Shown here one piece after another: positions 42,532-52,400 of a stretch of 64,000 nt of DNA (within the stretch, counting starts at the first letter, position 1; every line of letters starts with the position of its first letter). Both the position numbers and the translations under genes were made by a program. The stretch spans positions 7,630 through 71,629 of the forward strand of contig CAVWFX010000012.1 in the NCBI GenBank assembly GCA_963754375.1. Reading direction: 5' to 3'. The notes under the pieces were generated by a model that saw only the letters and a list, made by a program, of their open reading frames with translations, ran no database searches and was not told where the DNA came from. This stretch comes from an uncultured Solirubrobacterales bacterium. Its GTDB lineage: Bacteria > Actinomycetota > Thermoleophilia > Solirubrobacterales > Solirubrobacteraceae.

Positions 42532-43090
42532 CTCGAGTGACGGGCCCCCTTCACTCGAGTGATGGCGACACTGTTCTCGAGTGACGTGCCGCCTTCACTC
42601 GAGTGACGGCGACATTGTTCTCGAGTGAGGTGCCGCCTTCACTCGAGTGACGGCGACATTGTTCTCGAGTGAGGTGCCGCCTTCACTCGAGTGACGGCGA
42701 CATTGTTCTCGAGTGAGGTGCCGCCTTCACTCGAGTGACGGCGACATTGTTCTCGAGTGAGGTGCCGCCTTCACTCGAGTGACGGCGACATTGTTCTCGA
42801 GTGAGGTGCCGCCTTCACTCGAGTGATGGCGACATTGTTCTCGAGTGAGGTGCCCCCTTCACTCGAGTGACGGCGACATTGCTCTCGAGTGCCGTGCCGC
42901 CTTCACTCGAGTGATGGCGACATTGTTCTCGAGTGAGGTGCCGCCTTCACTCGAGTGACGGCGACATTGTTCTCGAGTGAGGTGCCCCCTTCACTCGAGT
43001 GACGACGTCCCATCACGCGAGAGAAGCTTCCCCGTTACGCGAGATAAGCTCTTCCCGCACGCGGGAGAAGACCCCTCCGTGCGCGAGTCC
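42532..43090. repeat. Non-coding tandem array: 22-bp subunits alternating to form a 44-bp unit
   Basis: CTCGAG every 22 bp from 42532 to 42994 (22 sites); unit ctcgagtgacggcgacattgtt+ctcgagtgaggtgccgccttca; degenerate cgcgag copies in register to about 43087. Confidence 0.95.
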
Positions 43091-43327
43091 GGCCCCGTCG
43101 GCCGACTCTTCAAGGTGGTCTCGCTGGCGCTGGCCATGGCGGGAGGTGTCGTCAGCACCTCGATGACGACGGAGAACTCCTGGAGAGGATGGAGCTTTTG
43201 CCGCCTGGCCGGTGCCGGCGGCGGCGTGCCCGGTACCTGCGATGGAGCCCCCTGGCAGAGGCCGTTCCCCCGAGGTCGCAGCGTCGCGAGGGAGGTTGGA
43301 TCCCCGCCCCGGAGAGCGCGGGAGGAC

Positions 43328-44290
43328 CTATCCCTGCGCTTTCAGCTCCTTCACCAGCTCCGGCACCGCCACGAAGAGGTCCGCCACCAGCCCGTAGTCG
43401 GCAATCTGGAAGATGGGCGCGTCGGAGTCCTTGTTGATGGCCACGATGTACTTCGAGCTCTTCATGCCGGCGATGTGCTGAATGGCGCCGGAGATGCCCA
43501 CCGCGACGTAGAGCTGCGGCGCGACGGTGCGTCCGGTCTGCCCGACCTGGAGCTCCGGCGCGGCATACCCGGCGTCGCAGGCCGCGCGGCTGGCGCCGAT
43601 GGCTGCGCCCAGAGCGTCGGCCAGGGGCTCCAGCACCTGCTTGAACTGCTCCTTCAGCGAGCGCCCACCCGAGACCACCACCCGCGCCTCGCCGAGATCC
43701 GGGCGCTCGCTCTTTCCCGCCTCGATCTTCAGGAACTCCACGCGCGCCGCCGCCGGGTCGTCCGCCGCTTTGGCCACGCTCTCCAGGGGGCTGGTCCCGC
43801 CGCTCGGCTCCGCGGCCGCGAACTCGGTCGGCCGCACGCTCACCACCTGCGTGGGGGTGGCGATCTCCAGCCAGCCCAGGGCATTGCCTGCGTACTCTGG
43901 CCGACGGTAGGAGCGCTTGCCGCCGTCGACCTTCACCCGGTCGACGTCCGGCGCGTACCCGGCGGAGAGCTTGGCCGCCACGCGCGGGGCCAGGTCCTTG
44001 CCGAAGGTCGTCGCCGCCACCACCACCGTGTCCCAGCCGCCCTGGCGCGCGACCTCCGCCACCGTCGGCGCGAAGCGCTCGGCGAGGGCATGCGCGAGGG
44101 AAGGGTGGTCGGCCACCAGCACCTTCTGCGCACCGAAGGCGCTCAGCTCCTTCGCGGCCGCCGCCACCCCCTCGCCGAGGACCAGGATGGCGTAGGGGCC
44201 GCCCACCTGCCTGGCGAAGGTGATGGCGCTGTGGCTCGACTTCTTGACCTGACCGTCGCCGAGCTCGGCGACCACGAGTGTGCCGGCCAT
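43328..44290 (-). CDS. etfA: Electron transfer flavoprotein subunit alpha
   Basis: GKDLAPRVAA, RPDLGEARVVVSGGR, QVGQTG, GISGAIQH, AINKD. Confidence 0.93.
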   Translation of the reverse strand: MAGTLVVAELGDGQVKKSSHSAITFARQVGGPYAILVLGEGVAAAAKELSAFGAQKVLVADHPSLAHALAERFAPTVAEVARQGGWDTVVVAATTFGKDLAPRVAAKLSAGYAPDVDRVKVDGGKRSYRRPEYAGNALGWLEIATPTQVVSVRPTEFAAAEPSGGTSPLESVAKAADDPAAARVEFLKIEAGKSERPDLGEARVVVSGGRSLKEQFKQVLEPLADALGAAIGASRAACDAGYAAPELQVGQTGRTVAPQLYVAVGISGAIQHIAGMKSSKYIVAINKDSDAPIFQIADYGLVADLFVAVPELVKELKAQG

Positions 44291-45118
44291 CAGAATCACC
44301 TTCGCTTCCGTCTTCAGCTTGCTGACCAGCTCTTTCACGTCCTTCACCTTCACCCCCGCCGCGCGCCGCGGCGGCAGCTCGACGGCGCCGTAGGTCACCT
44401 TGAGGGCCACGTCGGGCACCAGGTCGGCCAGCGCCAGCTCGACCAGCGGCTTCTTCTTCGCCGCCATGATGGCCATGAGGGCGGCGAAGCGGACGCCGTC
44501 GGGGTAGGCGTGCGTCGCCGCGGTGTGCCGGGACTGCACGCTCCGCGGGTGGACGATCTTGTCGAGCACGGTGACCACCGCGGGCAGCGTGACCCGCACC
44601 TGGGCGGTGGCCCCCTCGATCTCCCGGCCGACCACGAGCGCCTTGTCGTCCTCGCTCTTGACCGAGCCGGCGAAGGTGGCCTGCGGCCATCCCAGGTACT
44701 CGGCCAGCATCTGCCCCACCTCGTTCGACTCGCTCTCCGCCTGCTGGTAGCCGAGAAGGACCAGGTCGGGCTTTTCCCGGGCGACCACCGCCGCCAGACC
44801 GCGAGCGACCAGGTCGCCATCGAGCGCGTCGTCCTTGGCGTCGACGCGGATGGCGCGATCGGCCCCGGTGCCCAGCATGGCCCGAAGCATGGGCTCGGCC
44901 TCCTTGGGCGCAAAGGTGACCACCACCGTCTCGCCCAGGCGCGCCTTGGTGTTGGCGCCGTTCTCGTTGAGCCGGAGCGCCGTCTCCAGCGCGTATTCGT
45001 CGTACGGGCTGGCCTTGGGCTCGAGCCCCGTGACGTCGACCTTCCCCTGCGGCGAGAGCTTGATCTTGTTCAGGTTGTCGGGGTCGGCGACCCGCTTGAC
45101 GGCGACGAGTATTTTCAC
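44290..45118 (-). CDS. etfB: Electron transfer flavoprotein subunit beta (reads in frame into etfA here)
   Basis: MKILVAVKRVADP, PYDEYALETAL, GADRAI, LGWPQATFA, REIEG, KLKTEAKVI. Confidence 0.9.
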
Positions 45119-45299
45119 CGATCACGCCTCCGGATGAATGGCGATTCAGCGGGTAGTCGTTAGAGGCAGAGGGCGTCGATGTCAACTCGACGCGCTCGCG
45201 CGCAGCCCTTTCGGCCCTCCGCCATCAGGCTACAGTCCCGGCGCACCCTCCAGCCCACGGCTGAAGCTGGCAGCCTGTACGCTGAGAACCTTTTCCAAG

Positions 45300-46907
45300 A
45301 TGCCTCTCACGACGGATTACCTGGTCATCGGCAGCGGCGTTGCCGGGCTCACCTTCGCGCTGGAGGTGGCCGCGCACGGTGACGTCATCCTGGTCACGAA
45401 GCGCAGCGCCGACGAATCGAACACCAAGTACGCCCAGGGAGGGATCGCCGCGGTGCTCGGCTCGGGGGACTCCTTCGCCGCGCACATCGCCGACACGCTC
45501 GAGGCCGGCGCCGGTCTGTGCCACCAGCGCACCGTCGAGATCGCCGTCGAGGAGGGTCCGGCGCGGGTGCGTGCGCTGGAGAGCCTGGGCGCGCGCTTCG
45601 ACCACGCCGGTCGCTCGCAGAACGGGGATGCCGACCTCGACTTGCATCTGGAAGGCGGGCACAGCGCGCGACGCGTCGCCCACGCCGCCGACATGACCGG
45701 ACGCGAGGTGGAGCGCGCGCTGCTCGACGCGGTGAAGGCCAGCCCGCGCATACGCATCCTGGAGAACCACTGCGCGGTGGACCTCATCACCCTCGCCAAG
45801 TACGGCGGACCGGAGGTCTGCGCGGGCTGCTACGTGCTCGACGAGGAGAGCGGGCAGGTGGTGACGGTGCTCGCCCGGGCGGTGGTGCTGGCCAGCGGCG
45901 GAGCCGGCAAGGTCTACCTCTACACCACCAACCCGGACGTCGCGACCGGCGATGGCGTGGCCATGGCGTACCGCGCGGGCGCCGAGATCGCCAACCTCGA
46001 ATTCTACCAGTTTCACCCCACCTGCCTCTATCACCCGCAGGCCCGGCGCTTTCTCCTCACCGAGGCCATGCGCGGGGAGGGGGCGGTGCTCCGCCGCGTC
46101 GACGGCACCGCCTTCATGAAAGCCCACGACCCGCGCGGCGATCTGGCCCCGCGCGACGTCGTCGCCCGCGCCGTCGACTTCGAGATGAAGAGGACTGGCG
46201 CCGAGCACGTGCTCCTCGACATCACCGACAAGAAGCCGGACTTCGTGCGCGAGCGCTTTCCCAACATCTACGAGGAGTGCCTGCGCTGGGGCATCGACAT
46301 CACCCAGCAGCCCATCCCGGTGGTCCCGGCGGCGCACTTCATGTGCGGGGGCGTCACCACCAACCTGGAGGGCCGCACCACCATTCCAGGGCTCTGGGCC
46401 ATCGGCGAGTGCGCCTCGACCGGGCTCCACGGCGCGAACCGGCTGGCCTCGAATTCGCTTCTGGAAGGGCTGGTCTTCGGCCACCGCGCCGCCGCGGCGC
46501 TGAAGGACGTGGACCGCAGCAGGCCCTGGCCGGAGGTGCCGGAGTGGGAGGTCGGCGGCGCCACGCCGAGCGCCGAGGCGGTCATCATCACCCACAACTG
46601 GGACGAGCTCCGCCGCCTGATGTGGAACTACGTGGGCGTCGTGCGCTCGAACTCGCGCCTCCGTCGCGCGGCGCGTCGCATCGCGCTACTGCAAGAGGAG
46701 ATCGTCGAGTATTACTGGAAGCACGTCGTGACGCGCGATCTGCTGGAGCTGCGGAACATCGCCTGCGTGGCCCAGCTCGTGGTGGAGTGCGCGGCGAGCC
46801 GTCTGGAGAGCCGCGGCTTGCATTTCACCATCGACTACCCGGACACGGACCCGAAGCTGGCGCGCGACACGGTGGTCAAGCGCGGCGTACCGGCGCATGG
46901 CCGATAG
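45300..46907 (+). CDS. nadB: L-aspartate oxidase
   Basis: IGSGVAG, YAQGGIA, EGGHSARRV, QFHPT, TEAMRGEG, GLHGANRLASNSLLE, ESRGLH. Confidence 0.95.
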   Translation: MPLTTDYLVIGSGVAGLTFALEVAAHGDVILVTKRSADESNTKYAQGGIAAVLGSGDSFAAHIADTLEAGAGLCHQRTVEIAVEEGPARVRALESLGARFDHAGRSQNGDADLDLHLEGGHSARRVAHAADMTGREVERALLDAVKASPRIRILENHCAVDLITLAKYGGPEVCAGCYVLDEESGQVVTVLARAVVLASGGAGKVYLYTTNPDVATGDGVAMAYRAGAEIANLEFYQFHPTCLYHPQARRFLLTEAMRGEGAVLRRVDGTAFMKAHDPRGDLAPRDVVARAVDFEMKRTGAEHVLLDITDKKPDFVRERFPNIYEECLRWGIDITQQPIPVVPAAHFMCGGVTTNLEGRTTIPGLWAIGECASTGLHGANRLASNSLLEGLVFGHRAAAALKDVDRSRPWPEVPEWEVGGATPSAEAVIITHNWDELRRLMWNYVGVVRSNSRLRRAARRIALLQEEIVEYYWKHVVTRDLLELRNIACVAQLVVECAASRLESRGLHFTIDYPDTDPKLARDTVVKRGVPAHGR

Positions 46908-47712
46908 CCCCGACTCGCCGGAGGATCGCCCGATGACGCCGCTCGCGGCGGCGATGTGGACCATCGGGCTGTGGTCGCTGGAGATGCTGTGCGTCTACGT
47001 CACGCAGGCGGCGCGGCCGGGAGCGATCGACGACATCGTGAGCCTGGCCGCCTGCACGTCGCTGGCGACGTCGCTGGTCATCTTCGCCATGGTGCGCGTG
47101 CACGCCCGGGAGGCTTCGCTGCGGCGGACGCTGGCGGTGGCGTGGCCCGCTCCGCTGCAGCTCGTGCTGTCGGTGGCCGCCGGCGCCGGTCTCTACCCGC
47201 TGCTGTCGACCATCGACGACCGCATGGTCCTCCGCTGGCCCTACTCGCCCGACGACACCGCGGCCATGGAGCGCCTCTTCGCGGTGCCGACCATGTCGTC
47301 GCGCATTGCCCTGGTGGTGGCGGGGTTCGTGGTCATCCCGCTGGCGCGTGAGCTCTTCTTCCGCGGCATCGTCTTCAGCGAGATCATGCGCTCCACCGGC
47401 GCCCGCGCGGCGACCGTGGCCAGCGCGGTGCTCTTCACGGCATCGGAGCTGGACTGGCGCAGCATTCCCACCACGCTGGTGCTGGGGATCGCCCTGGCGC
47501 GCCTTCGAGAGCGCACCGGGACGGTCCTCGCCGCCGCCGCGGCGCACATCGCCTTCTTTGCCGTCGCCGGTCTCCCCATCCTCGCCGGGCGGGACACCAA
47601 GGCCGACGTGGTCTTCGCCCCGCGCTGGATCGTGGGGGGCGCCGCCATCGCCCTGCTCGCCCTGGTCGCGGTGGGGGCGGGAGGAGGCGAGGGGTCTACC
47701 CGTTCGAGCTGA
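46897..47712 (+). CDS. CPBP/CAAX-family intramembrane metalloprotease-like protein
   Basis: Multiple TM helices; PLARELFFRG (EE motif degenerate), RERTG...AAHIAFF. Confidence 0.7.
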   Translation: MADSPDSPEDRPMTPLAAAMWTIGLWSLEMLCVYVTQAARPGAIDDIVSLAACTSLATSLVIFAMVRVHAREASLRRTLAVAWPAPLQLVLSVAAGAGLYPLLSTIDDRMVLRWPYSPDDTAAMERLFAVPTMSSRIALVVAGFVVIPLARELFFRGIVFSEIMRSTGARAATVASAVLFTASELDWRSIPTTLVLGIALARLRERTGTVLAAAAAHIAFFAVAGLPILAGRDTKADVVFAPRWIVGGAAIALLALVAVGAGGGEGSTRSS

Positions 47713-49510
47713 AGAGCGGCTCGACCAGGGCAAAGCACACGCTGGGGGCCAGGCGGTAGCGTGTCCGGCCGTACTCGCCGGCGTCGCGCACGCGCTCGAT
47801 GGCCGAGGGATCGCCGAGGAGATCGCGCACCCGCGAAATGAGCACGCGCACCCGGTGCTCGGCATCGGCGCTCTCCGGGCCGGGGCCCCCCGCGGCGCGG
47901 AGGATCTCGTCGGCGCTGAGGCCTTCCTTGGCGCGGCGGAGCAGCTGCACGACCAGCGGCTCGAGGGCGCGGCGCCGCTCCAGCGAGACCTCGCGGTCGT
48001 GCACCCGCAGGTGATGCGCGAGCGTATCGACGACCAGCGTGGCGCCCTCGGTGGCCCGGGCCATCTCGGCCACCGGGACGCGCGTCACGCCCTGCGGCGT
48101 CGTCACGTAGATGAGCGTCTCGCCCTCGGACGGCTCGGGGAGGGAGTCGAGGTCCCCCGACGAGGGCGGGGTGCTGATGCGGGGCGCCGACTGGCGCACC
48201 GAGGGGGGCGGCGCGACGGCCAGCCCGCTGGCGGCGTTCACCAGCGCCAGCATGCGCTCGGCGTAGCGCACCACGCGGCTGTCCCCGCTGCGCAAGGCCA
48301 GCTGCCAGAGCGTCAGCGACGCCAGCCGATCCGGGAAGACCCAGCCGTGCTTCTCGCCCGAGAGCGCCGCGCGCTCCACCGCCGCACGCGCCGACCCCTC
48401 GTCGCCGAGCGCCAGGGCGCAGCGTCCCACCACCAGGTTGAGCGAGCCGGTGACGAAGGCCTCGGGCAGCTTCTCGGCGTGCGTGGCGGCGTGCTCCAGC
48501 GCCTCGCGGGTCTGCGAGCAGGCCTCCAGGGTGCGCGCGCGCGTGGCCACCAGATCCTGCTCGTCGATGACGTCGACCATGGTGAGCTCGGCGCGAAACT
48601 TCTCCACCTTGCCCAGCCACTGGCGCGCGGCCTGGGCGCGCACCAGCATGGCCAGCGCCCAGGTGCGGTGCTCGGCGAGCTGGTAGCGCAGCATGGGGTG
48701 GTCGATCTCGCCGAGGACCACCAGCGCCTCGTCGATGGCGTGCAGCGCGGCGAGCGGCCGATCGGCGGCGATCTCCACGATGGCGAGGACGTCGTGGGCA
48801 TCGGCGTGGCGCCAGCCCGCGGCGAGGTCGCGCGCGATGCCGATGGCCTGCGTGGCGTGGTACCGCCCCTCGTCGAATCGCCCGATGCTCCCGAGGGCGA
48901 TGGCCAGGTTGCCGTGCGAGCTCATCGACGCTGCCCCGCGTGCCGGTGCGCGGGCCAGGGCGGCGGCGTAGTGCTTGGCGGCGGTGCGCGGATCGGCCAG
49001 GCGCATGGAGAGATGGCCGAGGGTCATGGCCACCGGCGTCCGCCACGCGCCGTCCTCCAGTCGCTCGGCGACGTGCTCGGCGAGACGCAACGCACCCGCG
49101 GCGTTGAGCACGCGGTTCAGCTTCAGCTCCAGCTGGGCTTGCGTGAGGTGCAGGTCGAGCTGCTCGCGCAGCCCCGTTCCCTTGGGCGCCGCGGACAGGG
49201 CGCGCGAGGCCAGACGCAGCTCGGCCTCGGCGTGGTCGCCGCGACCGTCGAGGGTGGCGAGGACCGCGCGCTCGATGGCCAGGCGCGCCGCGTCGAGGGG
49301 GTTCCAGGTGGCAGGGGCCGCGGGCAAGGACAGCGCGAGATCGCGCGCGCGATCGACCCGGCCGGTCTCGCGATAGGCGCGCAGCAGGCGCACTGCCAGG
49401 GTGGGGTCGGTCCGCGACCGACCGGCCAGGACGCCCTCGATCCAGGAGACGATGAAGGGCGCTTCGTCGGCCGTGGCCAGGCGGTCGAGCAGCTGCGAGC
49501 ACGCGCTCAT
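47696..49510 (-). CDS. TPR-like repeat protein with C-terminal winged-helix DNA-binding domain
   Basis: Helical repeats (SHGNLAIALGSIGRFDEG); C-terminal LSADEIL...HRVRVLISRVRDLLG...RYRL. Confidence 0.7.
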   Translation of the reverse strand: MSACSQLLDRLATADEAPFIVSWIEGVLAGRSRTDPTLAVRLLRAYRETGRVDRARDLALSLPAAPATWNPLDAARLAIERAVLATLDGRGDHAEAELRLASRALSAAPKGTGLREQLDLHLTQAQLELKLNRVLNAAGALRLAEHVAERLEDGAWRTPVAMTLGHLSMRLADPRTAAKHYAAALARAPARGAASMSSHGNLAIALGSIGRFDEGRYHATQAIGIARDLAAGWRHADAHDVLAIVEIAADRPLAALHAIDEALVVLGEIDHPMLRYQLAEHRTWALAMLVRAQAARQWLGKVEKFRAELTMVDVIDEQDLVATRARTLEACSQTREALEHAATHAEKLPEAFVTGSLNLVVGRCALALGDEGSARAAVERAALSGEKHGWVFPDRLASLTLWQLALRSGDSRVVRYAERMLALVNAASGLAVAPPPSVRQSAPRISTPPSSGDLDSLPEPSEGETLIYVTTPQGVTRVPVAEMARATEGATLVVDTLAHHLRVHDREVSLERRRALEPLVVQLLRRAKEGLSADEILRAAGGPGPESADAEHRVRVLISRVRDLLGDPSAIERVRDAGEYGRTRYRLAPSVCFALVEPLFSSNG

Positions 49511-49858
49511 GGAGACCCCCTCCGGGCTGGGAAGCGACGGCGGAGGAGCCGAGCGACGCGGCGTCCGGCAAGGATCCCGGGCCCATGGGCGGCGGCGGTG
49601 CCGAGGGGCGCTGCGAAGGCATGCTCGGCGGCGGCGCGCTCGGCCGGAGCCCCAGCGGCGGTGCCGACCGCGATGGAGGGCGGCCCCCCGCCGCCGCCGC
49701 GAGGCGTCGAATCGGACGCCAGAGTGGGGGGCGGTACGAACGCGCGCCGCGCCATCAGGCAGAAAACATAGCGCGAAACGCCGCGCGAGTCTTCTCTCCT
49801 GCAATCCTGGTATCCTCCGTGACGCCGACGCCCGCCGCGTGAGTCCATCGCCGAGCCC

Positions 49859-51303
49859 ATGCAGCCCCCCATCATCCTCCTCGACCAACCCCAGCCGGGC
49901 GCCGTTCTCCTCGGCAAGTACCGGGTCGAGCGGGTGATCGGCATGGGAGGCATGGGCGCGGTCGTCGCGGCGCGGCATCTGCAGCTCGAGGAGCGCGTCG
50001 CCATCAAGTTCCTGCTGCCCGCCATGCTGCAGAACGAAGAGGTGGTGCAGCGCTTCCTGCGCGAGGCGCGCGCGGCCATCCGCATCCGGAGCGAGCACTG
50101 CGTGCGCGTGCTCGACGTGGGCACGCTGGAGACCGGCGCGCCCTACATGGTCATGGAGTACCTGGAGGGCCAGGATCCTCGCGGCCATCGTCGAGCAGCA
50201 CCGTCCGCTCCCCATCAGCGACGTGGTGGACTGCGTGCTGCAGGCGTGCGAGGCGCTCGCCGAGGCGCACGCGCTCGGCATCGTCCACCGCGATCTCAAG
50301 CCGGCCAACCTCTTCCTGACGCGCCGGGCCGACGGGACGCCCTCGGTGAAGGTGCTCGACTTCGGCATCTCCAAGCAGTCGATCGAGCGGTCTGGACGCC
50401 GGGGTCACCAAGACGCAGGCCGTGCTGGGCTCGCCTCGCTACATGTCGCCCGAGCAGATGCGCTCGACGAAGGACGTCGACGCGCGTGCGGACGTCTGGG
50501 CGCTCGGCGCGGTGGTCCACGAGCTCATCGCCGGCGAACCGCCGTTCGACGCCGACACCATGACGGCGCTCTGCGCGGCCATCCTGCAGGACCCTCCGCG
50601 CTCCCTCCGCGCCCTGCGCCCCGACGCTCCGCCGCAGCTCGAAGGCGGCCATTCGCGGGGCGCTGGAGAAGGACCGTGACCGCCGCTACGCCAACGTCGC
50701 GCAGCTCGCCGCGGCGCTGGCGCCCTTCGGATCGGCGACCTCCTGGGCCTCGGCGGAGCGCATCGCGCGCGTGCTCGGCGTGCACACCGCCGTGCTGGCC
50801 GGGCCGCCCAGGGCTACCTTCCCGTCCGATCCGCGCAGGCGGCGGAGAGGTTCGCGCAGTCCTCGGCCATGACCGGGACGACGGGCGGGTCGGGATCGGT
50901 CGCGTCCGATGTCGGCCGTCGCTCGTCGAAGGCCGCGGCCATCGTCGTGGGTCTGCTCGGGCTGCTGCTCGTCGCCGGCGGGACGGTGGGGCTGGTGCTG
51001 TGGAAACATCACGCTCCCGACGTGGCGCCCGCATCGAGCGCTCCCCCGCCAGCGCCCACCGTCGCCTCGCCGCCCCCGCCGCCGGAGCTGCCCACGGCGC
51101 CGGTCGTGCTCGCGGAGCCCGCCCCTCCCCCCCTCCCGGTGCCGTCTCTGTCGGCGGCCCCGCCGGTTCCGACGCCCGTTCCCCCTTCGGCTCCCGCCCG
51201 TCGCCCGCCGGCCGGCTCTCCGGCGGTGCCTCGTCCCGGCGCCAACCCGCCCGCACGACCCCCCTCGAACAACAATCCCTTCGGAGACGATCGCAGAGGA
51301 TGA
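49859..51303 (+). CDS. Serine/threonine protein kinase, membrane-anchored (frameshifted)
   Basis: [40 protein letters not shown]; TM segment and Pro-rich tail. Confidence 0.9.
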
Positions 51304-52322
51304 GCACCCCCCGTCGCCTGGTCGTTGCCACCGCGCTGGCGGTGGCGCTCGCTGTCCCACGCCTGGCAGCGGCGCAGACCACGCCGCAGGATCAGGCCAT
51401 CGCCCAGTCGCTGTACGACGAGGCGAAGAAGCTCATGGCGGCCAGCCAGTGGGCGGACGCCTGCCCCAAGATCGAGGAGAGCCAGCGGCTCGATCCCACG
51501 CCGGTCACCGAGTTCTATCTCGCCGACTGCTACGAGCGCGCCGGGCGCACGGCCAGCGCCTGGACCACCTTTCTCGACCTCGCGGCGACCGAGCACAAGA
51601 ACGGCGGCGCCAAGGCCGGAGAGCGCGAGAAGGTGGCGCGCGATCGCGCACGGGCGCTGGAGCCCCGGCTCACCCAGCTGGTCATCGACGTACCCGCCGC
51701 GGTGCGTGTCGCCGGCCTGGTGGTGAAGCGCGACGGCGAGGTGATGCGCGAGGGCCAGTGGGGGACGCCGGTGGCCGTCGATCCCGGCAAGCACACGCTG
51801 GAGGCGAGCGCGCCGGGCAAGACGACGTGGACGACCACGGAGGACATCGAGGCGGCCGGGACGAGCACGACGGTGCACGTGCAGGCGCTGGTCGACGCGC
51901 CGACCGAAGTGGTGGCGCCCGCCGGCGCACCCACGCCGCTCCCCAGCAACGTCCCCGACAATCCGCCGGCGTCCTCCTCCTCACCGCTGAAGACCGTGGG
52001 GCTCGTGGTGGGTGGCGTCGGCGTCGCCGGGCTGGTGGCGGGAGGGATCTTCGGCGCCGTCGCCCTCTCGAAGAACTCCAGCGCCAACAGCGGTCACTGC
52101 GGCGGAAGCCTGGGGGGCGCCAACCAGTGCGACCCGACCGGCGTCGGCCTGCGCAGCGACGCCGTCAACGCCGGGAACATCTCCACCATCGCCTTCATCG
52201 CCGGCGGGGTCCTTGCGGCGGGTGGGGCGACCCTCTGGTTCGTCGCTCCCACCGGTCGTGTCCAGGCCGCGCCCGCCGTCGGAGCGAACGGCGGAGGGGT
52301 GCTCCTGCGCGGGGAGTTCTGA
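51300..52322 (+). CDS. Secreted TPR/PEGA-like protein (kinase-associated, myxobacterial type)
   Basis: Signal peptide; [12 protein letters not shown]...[13 protein letters not shown]...LADCYE; [14 protein letters not shown]; C-terminal GGVLLRGEF. Confidence 0.75.
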   Translation: MSTPRRLVVATALAVALAVPRLAAAQTTPQDQAIAQSLYDEAKKLMAASQWADACPKIEESQRLDPTPVTEFYLADCYERAGRTASAWTTFLDLAATEHKNGGAKAGEREKVARDRARALEPRLTQLVIDVPAAVRVAGLVVKRDGEVMREGQWGTPVAVDPGKHTLEASAPGKTTWTTTEDIEAAGTSTTVHVQALVDAPTEVVAPAGAPTPLPSNVPDNPPASSSSPLKTVGLVVGGVGVAGLVAGGIFGAVALSKNSSANSGHCGGSLGGANQCDPTGVGLRSDAVNAGNISTIAFIAGGVLAAGGATLWFVAPTGRVQAAPAVGANGGGVLLRGEF

Positions 52323-52400
52323 CCCGACCGGCGTCAATCTCGTCCCATCGCCCGGAAGGAGCGCCGGGGCGAAGATGGTAAGGTGCCGCGCGGCCCACCC

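Noticed and set aside
42532-43090. CRISPR array
   Set aside because: The intervening sequences are two alternating near-identical linkers, not unique spacers; the period is only 22 bp and there are no cas genes.
49511-50374. N-terminal extension of the 892-aa ORF 47696..50374
   Set aside because: It is antisense to the kinase gene; the real start is more likely ATG 49510.
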